Source: Eledone cirrhosa
Taxonomy: Eukaryota
DNA length: 64,000 bases
Direction: 5' to 3'
NCBI GenBank assembly: GCA_964016885.1
Contig: OZ024760.1
Coordinates: 18,600,001-18,664,000, forward strand
Within the stretch, counting starts at the first letter, position 1. Each line of letters opens with the position of its first letter. The position numbers were made by a program, and so were the translations under genes. The notes under the pieces are model-generated. The model was given only the letters and a program-made list of their open reading frames with translations, made no database searches and was not told where the DNA came from. This document shows positions 1 through 11,638 of the stretch, piece by piece.

Positions 1-106
1 TTTGAACTAAGATCATAAAGGGCTGTAACTCTATGCTGCAAAGCATGGCGTCCGACCCTCTACCGATACTGCCAATCCACCGCTCTACATATATATATAA
101 TAATAA

Positions 107-296
107 TAATTGTTTCTAGTTTTGGCACAAGGCCAGCAATTACCCAGTACATTACTGGTACTTTATTTTATCAACCCCGTAAGGATGAAAGGCAAAGTTA
201 ACCTCGGCGGGATTTGAACTTAGAATGGCAAGGGCCGTAACTCTATGCGTCAAAGCATGGTGTCTGACCCTCTACCGATACTGCCAATCCACCGCT
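107..296 (-). mobile_element. tRNA-derived SINE family A (other copies 1-85, 2521-2710, 2862-3042, 7635-7822, 36030-36172, 39831-39930, 62050-62310)
   Basis: A box TGGCAGTATCGG, B box GAGTTCAAATCC, central GCCTTTCATCCTTACGGGGTCGATAAAATAAAGTACCAG (Meta/Sauria-SINE-like), (TTA)n tail; many copies. Confidence 0.85.
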
Positions 297-300
297 CTAC

Positions 301-339
<39 letters not shown>

Positions 340-518
340 AAAGGATGATTTGTTATGTCTTCTTTACTTTTATTGAGTAGTGATGGGTGTTGAGCTATTG
401 ATTCCAGAGTCGGGCCAGATCAATACAGATCAAACCTTGTGCTGATCAATAGCGAAGCACACACGTCACTTCTCAATAAGCATAATGAAGACAGCTAAAC
501 CTGCATAGGTGTGAGCTG

Positions 519-572
<54 letters not shown>

Positions 573-608
573 CGAAAACTTAGGTAGTATCAAAATATCT
601 ACTCTTAC

Positions 609-810
609 CTTAGGTTTTGGTTTAGGGACATCAGCAGTTACTACCTTGTACAGACAGCGTGTCTGATTATTAACCTCCTTCCAATCTGGATCGTTTTTAT
701 CATAATCCAACCTTGAGGGAAATTTCGCCTTGCTCCTCATTAAATTGGTGTAGCTAGGGTACTTGGATAGATCCAACTTCAACAATCTAAACAGAAGGTA
801 GTGTGGTACC
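609..810 (-). CDS. RGS22: RGS22-like 202-nt exon (VPHYLLFRLLKLDL...PKPKPK)
   Basis: ccag/gtaaga sites; completes the split W codon of the previous exon. Confidence 0.8.
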
Positions 811-1233
811 CTGGATGTTTAAGTAATATAGAAATAGGTGAATGAAATACACACACATCTATATGTGTGTCTGTATGTATATATATATATATATGTTTTG
901 CAAGGTTTTTGATATGAAATCGTGTGTCGAAACAAATATTGTTATACTTGGGGAGGGTCATATTGTTATAATATTGCCAGAAATAATAACAGAACACACT
1001 CATTGTTTGGTTTGGGTTGGTTTTTGCTTCTGTATCTTTTATATCTCCAAACCAAACAATGTTGATGCCCTAAGGACAGACACTGGTCTGTTGGAGACGC
1101 AGGACATGGCAGCGATAATGAGGGACAGAGACCGCTGGAGAGAACTCGTCCATGGATCTCGGGAATTTTACCCGCCCTAGATATATATATATGCACAGAC
1201 ACATGTGTATTTGTATGTGTGTATATATATATA

Positions 1234-1264
<31 letters not shown>

Positions 1265-1821
1265 TATTAAAAGGAATTCCAACTTTGTCTGATGTACTCG
1301 TTTTATTTACAATCCTTTAAAATTTATAATGGTATTAGAATGAAATAGTATGATAGAATATTAAATGTTAAGTGTTAATTGAACAAGTACTTTCATGCTT
1401 TCACAATCTTCAGGTTCATAATGTGTGGTGACAGTCAAGTTTGCAAGTTTCAACTGTCACCACACATTTTCAGCTGTGCAAACTTGACTGTCACCACACA
1501 TTATGAACCTGAAGATTGCGAAAGCATGAAAGTACTTGTTCAATTAACACTTAACATTTAATATTCTATCATACTATTTCATTATAATACCATTATAAAT
1601 TTTAAAGGATTGTAAATAAAACGAGTAAATCAGACAAAGTTGGAATTCCTTTTATTAATATAATCTTCTATACACAATCATACACACCCGTGTATATTTA
1701 TCTATCTATCTATATATATATATAATTTATTTTGAAGAAACAGGGGTCTGTGTGGTTGCCAGATAAAGTGTATTTAGAAATAAGAAGAAAGCAAAATATA
1801 GGATATTTCCCATCTCTATGC

Positions 1822-1863
<42 letters not shown>

Positions 1864-4800
1864 CACACATACATACATATATATATATTTATTAAAATAA
1901 CAGATTAAAGTTTAAGCAAAGAATCGCTGCTTATATATATAAGTTATTCCGGGTTGAATCGGAGGTAACCACAGTAAGAAGGTACTCAATACATAGCAGA
2001 GTATAAAAGCTTCCTGATGATTTCTCATGAATGAAACAGTTCTAGTCCTGTAGAAGCTCTTTTATATATGTATACCGGTGTATATAGGTCACAGGCACTC
2101 ACATACATACACACATGCATATATATATGAGCCTTCCAATTTCATTTTACATTCTATACATGTCTGTGTATATTTTAATTATTTAAAAATTCTTAAGTGA
2201 ACATGATTTAAAAAAACTTTTAAGTGAACGTGACCCAACAGGTTACAGGTGGTCTAGCAGTCACTAATATCGACAAAATAGTTTTATAGTCACCAGTATA
2301 AAATAATTGGTTGTAACACAAAATTTTGGATTTCATTAATTTCTTTTCGTGGATAATTGTCAAGATTTATAGATTTCAAAGTCTCTGTGATATGCTTTTG
2401 GAATTCAGTATTGTGTGATAATTGCTTAAACCCCTTTCGGATCTCCATAATTATTCTAGAAATAGAAGCATAAGATTGTTGAATAAAAGAACTTTCTTCT
2501 TTTATTCTTTAAAAAAAAAATGGTAGTGGATTGGCAATATCGGTAGAGGGTCTGACGCCATGCTTTTCAGCATAGAGTTACGGCCCTTTATGGTCTGAGT
2601 TCAAATCCTGCCGAGGTTAACTTCGCCTTTCATCCTTATGGGGTCGATAAAATAAAGTACAAGTAATGCACTGGAATAATTACTGGCCTTGTGCGTATAG
2701 TAGAAATCATTCTTTAAAAAAAAAGAAAAGAAAAGAAAAAGGAATGGCTACAATTCCGTACATCTAAATGGGAGGTTCTCAAACTTTTTAGGCCCCTGCT
2801 CCTCTCACGGTCAGGTAATACCCTCAGCGCACCCCAACCCTAACTCCACGCAAACTGTAAATAATTGTTTCTACTTTTGGCACAAGGCCAGCAAATTACC
2901 CAGTGCATTACTGGTACTTTATTTTACCGACCCCGTAAGGATGAAAGGCAAAGCTAACCTCGGTGGAATTTGAACTCAGAATGGCAAGGGCCGTAACTCT
3001 ATGCGTCAAAGCATGGCATCCGACCCTCTACCGATACTGCCAGTTGTAAATAATGTGTGTGACAGCTCACACCTATGCAGGTTTAGCTGGCCTCCTCCAA
3101 GGTATATCTCGTCGGAGCCTAATAATTTGGAGTTGTATTTCCATTTCTGTGGGTTTTTATAAATCCAAATTATTAGGTTAATTTACTTAGTCAAAAATAC
3201 AATGGAGTCATTATTTTCACTAGCCTGTGGCTTTCGAGACGTTTGGGGGAGTGAGGCAATTGACTGCAAGGTTTCTCACTTCACTGGCGGCTCGCCTAAT
3301 AGAGGTAACTGGCGAATCTCGCGAGGGTGGTTGGTTGTTCCAGCGCATTAGCCTCGCCATTACCCGAGGCAACGCTGCGAGTGTGCTGGCTTGCCTCAAA
3401 AATCATTAGAGAGGGTGCCCCGTACTCCTCACGACGTTGCTGTCTTTTGCTCTGGTGTTGACTCCGTTGTTCACCCCTTCCTTTACATTTTCTTTAATAT
3501 TGTAACATTAAAAGAATATATCCTTCTGAAAGAATCGCGAGCAATTTATAATGTTATCTAAGCACGTGTAATGTTATTTATGTATATATTTAAAACATAT
3601 TTGTTATGTTATTCTACTGTAAATTTATTTATATGCTTTGTATAATAAATGCATTTTCTACCATTTCAAATTCTCCGCTGTTTGTAAACAAAAGCTGAAA
3701 AAGCTTTGTATCTTATATATATATATATCATTTAATATTTAATATACTATTATATCATCTCTACAACCCGCTGGACCCTCTCAAGAATCCAAGAGAACCT
3801 CTGCTCTAATTCTTTTCAAACTCAGCATAATGGGCAAAGGGAAGTAACTCACTGTGTTCAATTTGCTAACTCTAAATTGCGCCTTTACATAAATAATTGT
3901 TTCTACTTTAGGCACAAGGCCAGCAAATTACCCAGTGCATTACTGGTACTTTATTTTATCGACCCCGTAAGGATGAAAGGCAAAGTTAACCTCGGCGGGA
4001 TTCGAACTCAGAATGACAAGGGCCGTAACTCTATGCGTCAAAGCATAGCGTCCGACCCTCTACCGATACTGCCAATCCACCGCCCTTGAATGAAAAATAA
4101 TTGTTTCTACTTTAGGCACAAGGCCAGCAATTACCCAGTGCATTACTGGTACTTTATTTTATCGACCCCGTAAGGATGAAAGGCAAAGTTAACCTCGGCG
4201 GGATTCGAACTCAGAATGACAAGGGCCGTAACTCTATGCGTCAAAGCATAGCGTCCGACCCTCTACCGATATTGCCAATCCACCGCCCTTGAATGAAAAA
4301 TAATGATAAATTTTAAAGAAATATTTACAATTCTTTTTGGAGGTTGCTTCTCATGCATTTCATTCTTTCAATATTAATCCATAGATTCCAGTATGCCACT
4401 CCAGGGGTCTCTTTCAAAAATTCATGGAAATCATTAAAATCTTGCAGACTTTCCAACAAGTGGATATCAAAAGGAACTGTGATAGGGGATTTAGTATATC
4501 TTTTAGACGTCCATTCCATTGAATCTTCTGCAGCATCGTCGATTAAATCTTCAGGACTCACTCTTGGTAACATAATGTCTTGCTGTTCCATTACTGGTTG
4601 TATATTCCCTTCGAGACTGCCCAATTCATCTACTTCGAAACACTCTGGTGGAGTTATATCACCAGACTGTGATTTGTCTACCTCAGAAATGATTCGTGGT
4701 GATGATGTCCCATCCTCATCACTGTAGTCCAGGGGTAGCTCTTCTTGATCTTCAGAGTTGCTTGGCTGCTGTGTTGCGCTTTGATCTTCAACGTTGTCTT

Positions 4801-7800
4801 TCTCTGCTGGAGCTGCCTCTTCAGGATTGCTTTGTGTTGCCACGTCTTCAGCGTTGCTTGGAGTTGCCACGTCTTCAGCGTTGCTTGGAGTTGCCACGTC
4901 TTCAGCGTTGCTTGGAGTTGTCACGTCTTCAGCGTTGCTTGGAGTTGTCACGTCTTCAGCGTTGCTTGGAGTTGTCATGTCTTCAGCGTTGCTTGGAGCT
5001 GCCTCATCTTCAGCGTTGCTTGGAGTTGCCACCTCTTCAGTGTTGCTTGGAGTTGCCACGTCTTCAGTGTTGCTTGGAGTTGCTTCATCTTCAGCGTTGC
5101 TTGGAGCTGCCTCATCCTCAGAGTTGCTTGGACCTGCCTCATCTTCAAGATTGCTTGGAGCTGATTCATCTTCAAGATTTCCTAGAGTTCCCTCATCTTC
5201 AAGATTGCTTGGAGTTGCCTCATCTTCAAGATTGCTTGGTGACACTTGTTCTTGAATGTTTTCTCTGGAAAGAATATATACACTAGTAAAAACAATGAAG
5301 ATGATAATGTGAGCATATAACATTTATCTGTTAAAATGCTTGGTATCTCCATTTTTTCACTTGTTTTTTTTTGTTATCCAACATTCAGGTAGTGTTTCCA
5401 TAACATTATCGTTTAAGATATATATATAGAAGTTGATGGAAGCCGCGGAGTGGGGAGACCCAAGAAGACTTGGGATGAGGTGATAAAAGCCCACCTTACC
5501 CAATTGCACCTCTCAAAGGCGATGACACACGACTGTGACCTCTGGCGTCACACAGTAATACAGAAGACCCGACCCCTCACGGGTACAAGCTGAAGCTGAA
5601 GCATATAGACAATATGCCTCCACCCCCTGTGGGGTGACGCCTACACGTCCACTGTAAAGTGGACGTGTAGGTGCCACGGAAAAAAAAAAAGCACCCAGCA
5701 CTCACTGTAAATGAGGTTGGTGTTAGGAAGGGCATCTAGCTGTAGAAATGAAGCCAGAATCAGTTCCCATATGAGCAAGACAAGATCAGCCGACCGGCTA
5801 CTGCCCACAACAGAACAACCCGTCTAATCCATGCTAGCGTGGAAGAATGGACGTAAAATGGTGATGATGATGATCATATATATATATATATATATATATA
5901 GAGTGAAGGCGTGTGGCTGATTGGTTAGAGATTCGCAATCGTGAGGTTGTCAGTTTGATTCCTGGACCGGGTGATGCGTTATGTCCTTGAGCAAGACACT
6001 TTATTTCATGTTGTTTCTTCTACCTGGAATTGCGACCGATAGATAGTATTAGCAATTGGAAAGACCAACGGAAACATTGTTTCCTCGGTCTGACTTGATG
6101 AAAGTCAATCGAGAAAAAAAAAAAAAAAATTATATGTATATATAAATTTAAGTAATTTTAAAAGCCATACAATACATTAGAAAATTAATGGTGCTAAGAT
6201 AAAGATAGAATCTTACCATAACATTGGGATTTTTACAATTGACTATTTGTAACAACTTACTCAATTTCAGCTTTTTCTTTTTCTTTTTCTTTTTCTTCTT
6301 CAATATCATCGTCAAAACCTTTGAAAGTCACTTTGTGTACACTGTTGAGCTTCTTCAGAGTAAAAGAGTACTGAAAGCGCTTCAGTTTTGTAAGACAAGG
6401 TTTTATATCTATATCCGAATCAAGCTTTTCCTCTGTGATATACCCTAACGTAGACATGGCACTTTTTAAAGTTGCTATAGTCAGCCATGCAGAAAGTTCA
6501 TCTAAGTCTGTAAGAGCACTCATGTATGGTGATTCATCATCATCAAAATCCAATGCTGATTCGGACAAATTTTCGTCAGGTTCAATGTACATTATGGGAG
6601 AAACACTATCGAAAACTAAACTGCGAATGGTCTGTTTTGGAGATTGGTTATCTTCTTCAGATTCGACTGTAGACTCTCTTGTTACATTTTGATTTGGTTC
6701 AGCTTCACCGCTTTTACCAAGAGAAGAGGCAGACATAAAGTTCTTTAATTCATGAAAAGATGTCTCAGATGAGATCCCTTCAAACATAAAACCCTTCTGA
6801 AGTTTGTACCAGCCTTCCAATTCGCTCAGTTCTGTTTTACCTGTTGAGATATACAAAGCTTCTGCTAAATATTGCAACGAAGTTTTTGGAATCATAAAAA
6901 TGTCTTCGTTTATTTTCTTCACTGGATCCACGAATTCACGAAAGTCCATGATTAGTTCATTATGTGGTTTGCTAATCTCCAAAATTCGGACTTGCGAAAG
7001 AATTTTAGCCAGTCGATATTCAGCATAGTAAATGCTTTTCTGAAATGATGATAGTCTTCTTGCTTTGATCCAACTCACCCCAATATCCTTATTTAAAGTC
7101 TGTCAAGAAATATAATGCAATAGTTGTATAAAGACTACATATGTTTTTTTATCTGGGTAAGTTTTTAAAAAAAAACTGTATTTATTGTTAGGGTGAAAGG
7201 CTTTAGAACGAGGAAACCCCAGATATTGAGAAGAATAGGAGTTACCTCTGTGTTGACATTACTCCAAGATATGTTCTGGATGGAACAAGGGTTGCAGCGT
7301 AAACTGCATTATTAGACATCCCACCTTGTCTAAAATCTATGGCAAACTCCCTCGAGCCTCTGCCCTTCTAAAATCCCGGAGAGCTCAATTTGCTGGCCTC
7401 TGTCACCGTGCCAGCAATGAAATCATATCCGCTCTCTTGCTCTGGAACCCTGACTCCAGCCTGACTAGGAGTAGGAAGCTGTCATTCCCTGACGTTATCT
7501 CTTGGGATACGGGAATCAGTAGACAGGACCTGGGGGCAGCGATGGGGGACAGGGGATTCTGGGGCATGAGAGTGAGATCCATCATCTCGACAGTAGTCGA
7601 TGAGTGATGATGTGTGATGCATTATTAGATGCAAGGCGAATTGGCAGAGTCGTTAGAACATCGGATAGAATGCCTTATGGTATTCGTTCCAGCTCTCTGC
7701 TCTCAGAGTTCAAATCCTGCCGAAGTCAACTTTGCCTTTCATCCTTACGGGGGTCGATAAAATAAAGTACCAGTAATGCACTGGGATAATTTCTGGCCTT

Positions 7801-10708
7801 GTGCCAAAAGTAGAAACAATTATTAGATGCAAGAAATATCATGGGTATGGTCAGTGTTGGATTTAGGATAGATGAGGCCCTGTGCTAGTTAAGTTATGAG
7901 GCCCCTTACTTGGGCCCTGCAGGGGTATAAAATTGTTTTGGCAAGAAGATGCCCCCCTCCGAGCAAAGGGGCCCCTGTGCTTAATCACATCTAAGCACAA
8001 TGGTAAATCCAGCACTGGGCATGGCTGTTGAACCTATTGTGCTGGAGACTTCTGGCATTCTGGCTCCCCAAACTATCTCCATAGACACTACAAATCTCGC
8101 CGAGGTTAACTTTGCCTTTCATCCTTACAGGGTCGATAAAATAAAGTACCAGTAATGTACTGTGGAAATTGCTGGCCTTGTGCCAAAAGTAGAAACAATT
8201 ATTCGGATGGAGTTGACCACCCACAGAAGTGAGCCCTGTGAAGTGGACAGGGTTCTTTTCAAACCTATGGTGGAGACTTCTGGTATTCTGGGTCTCTAAA
8301 CCATCTCCCAACATGCTGTTATTCTCTAGGCCTGTCTGCTAGGACAATGAGGTGGCATGTACCTAAGGGTCTGTACGTCAGTGAGGTAGAGTCTATGAAT
8401 AGGACTAGGTAGGTTGATGTGTCAACGTTTTATGGACTGGTTCATGTTGTTACCAGTTGCCATTACCTAGCCGTCATCTGGGGGTTGTCAGGGTTTTAGG
8501 ATTGGAAAACAACCCCCTAAATTGAGAAAAATGGAATTCTTCTTTGCTGACACAATCCCTAAATTAGTCCTTAGCCAGAGTAATAAATTCAAGAAATGAA
8601 AAACAAAAACACTGCCAAAAAAAGGCATGTTCATTTTTTTAATTGTACCGTATCATTATTTTTAATTGTACTTTGTCATCATCATAATAATAATAATGAA
8701 ATTATTGTGTACAGTGCTCAGGTGAACTACAACTCATCAAAGGTGCATGTATAGTACATAGAATAATGTACAAATGTCAGGAAAGTGAACAGTGTATGAG
8801 TCATGGTATATACATGCATGTGTGTGTATGGAGGGGGGGATACCAGGTGTAGTATTGGCGAATTTCAGGAAGCATGGAAGTTTTAAAGGATGCAGTGTCC
8901 TGACAGCTAACAACTGATGCAGGTAGTTAGTTCCATGCTTCAGCAACTCTGTAATGGCAATTTAGTTATTTTTTTAATGGTATCTTGTTATTTTTCAATG
9001 GCACCTTAGTTATTTTTTTAATGGCACCTTAGTTATTTTTTAATGGCATCTTGTTATTTTTTTTAGTTGCACCTTAGTTATTTTTTAATGGCATCTTGTT
9101 ATTTTTTTTAGTTGCACCTTAGTTATTTTTTAATGGCATCTTGTTATTTTTTTTTAGTTGCACCTTAGTTATTTTTTAACGGTATCTTGTTATTTTTAAA
9201 TAGCACCTTAGTTATTTTTTTAATGGCACCTTAGTTATTTTTTAATGGCATCTTGTTATTTTTTTTAGTTGCACCTTAGTTATTTTTTAATGGCATCTTG
9301 TTATTTTTTTTTAGTTGCACCTTAGTTATTTTTTAACAGTATCTTGTTATTTTTAAATAGCACCTTAGTTATTTTTTTAATGGCACCTTAGTTATTTTTT
9401 AATGGCATCTTGTTATTTTTTTTAGTTGCACCTTAGTTATTTTTTAACGGTATCTTGTTATTTTTAAATGGCACCTTAGTTATTTTTTTAATGATACCTT
9501 CATTATTTTTTTAATGGTATCTTAGCGCTATTTTTTTTCCTTACCTCAACATAATGGATCGAAGGTGTGGGAGGTATATCTACGGGTTTCTGCTTCTTGA
9601 TGTTAGTAAGTGGTATGAGAGAGAAACTGTGATGCGAAACATGCTCATATATTTTATTTTCTGGCTCTATCTTTTCACATTCTTCAGTTTTGCTCAGGGA
9701 CTCAGCCACGCTATTTTCAATGCTCCATGACTTTTCATTTGAATTTCCCTTTAGGATTTCGAAAAAGCCAAGTTGTGGCCTGAATTGCAAATTGTTCAAG
9801 AAAAACTGGCAACGAGTAAAAATGTAAATACAAATAAGTCAATAAACTATTTTTAGAACTTCAGGTAGAGCTGTTACTTCTCTGAATTGAGAGATCACAG
9901 CTCCAATATTGGACATAGATGTTGAGATATCGAATATAAAACGATATTAGTACATTAAAAATAAATAAATGTGTGTGTTTGTACTTTCATCAGACCCTAA
10001 ATAAAATTCTTTATAACATATTAACCCATAAATCTATATATATATACTAGCAGCAGGACCCGGCGTTGCATGGGGTAGGAAACGGATTTTCGCCTAAAAA
10101 ATTAAATTCTAGCCCATTGCACTTCAAGAAATATAAGTAACGCATGTGTAAAGTTTGAAAAAAATCGGTCGGGTACTTCTCGAATTTTAGGGATTTACAC
10201 AGACAGACATCCTCTGTTTTATATGTATAGAATATATATATTTGTAGAAATTTGCAGAAAAAAAAAACAGATTTCTACAAATTTAATACTTGACGACCCA
10301 ATATATACATATATACGAGGGTAATCCCAAAAGTAAGGTCTCCAAAGGGATGGGGACGCAGAGAAACTGTTCGTACGGCTGTTGGCAACACTGTTGTGAT
10401 TGGTGCTTCCTTCACTCCCAAACAAGCATGTGCGCGCTTCACTGGGATGCTCAATCTTGGCTTGGCAGCCGTTGAGAATGGAGCTCCCGTTGAATGCTAC
10501 CGCCAAGTACGAATTTTGCGCAGTTATTATATACGAGGGCAATCCCAAAAGTAAGGTCTCCTTCCGAGGAAAACATGCGTAAAGATTGGCGGATCACTCT
10601 GGATGCTCTCTGCATTTTGGTTCCTAAGGTTTCCTGAAGCACCATCCACAGGATTTTAACGGAAAAGTTGCAATATCGGAAGGAGACCTTACTTTTGGGA
10701 TTGCCCTC

Positions 10709-10743
<35 letters not shown>

Positions 10744-11582
10744 GAGGCACATGGCTTAGTGGTTAGAGCATTGGCCTTGCAATCGAAAGGTTGTGAGTTC
10801 AATTCTCAGACCGGGTGATGTGTTGTTTCCTTGAGCAAGACACTTTATTTTTCACATTGCTCCAGTTTACTCAGCTGTAGAAATGAGATGATAGGGACTG
10901 GGGTCCCTATCATTCCACTGCAAAGTGGTCGTGGAGGTGCCATGGCAAAAAAGCACCCAGCACTCACTGTAAATGAGGTTGGTGTTAGGAAGGGCATCCA
11001 GCTGTAGAAATCAAGCCAGCATCAGTTCCCGTCCCACCCTTGCAAGCAGGGAAAAGCGGACGTAAAATGAAATGATGATTCATATATATATATATAATAT
11101 ATATATAATATATAGGGCCTTCTCTGTTTATAAGCCTGTAGGTTGAGGAAGAGAGCAAAAGGAAGAAAGGAGCACTTGCACAACACGCTCCTCGAGTTGA
11201 GGGTTGTTCTATCGACGGGGTATTTGTGGCGCCTCCCCCCTATTGGGGATTTCGATTGTTGAAATTGTTTGTTTGTTTTTATATTTTTTACACGACTGTA
11301 TGTAAAATCCCCGGCATGTCTTTGTATTGTCCCCTTTCTTGTTGCGCCCTTGTGGCTAATAAAGAAATCAATATATATATATAATATATATATATAATAT
11401 ATATATAATATATATATAATATATATATATAATATATATATATAATATATATATATAATATATATATATAATATATATATAATATATATATATAATATAT
11501 ATATAATATATATATATAATATATATATAATATATATATATATTATATATATAATATATATATATATATATAATATATATAT

Positions 11583-11638
<56 letters not shown>

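Noticed and set aside
4344-5286. Plus-strand ORFs over the 27-bp repeat
   Set aside because: Antisense shadows of the RGS22-like exon
7073-7078. Internal GGG|GTGAGT donor 21 nt into the 839-nt RGS22-like exon
   Set aside because: Its use would remove the conserved WIK/EYRLAK motifs and mismatch the downstream phase
10743-10822. tRNA gene
   Set aside because: A/B boxes belong to a multi-copy SINE head with no complete cloverleaf
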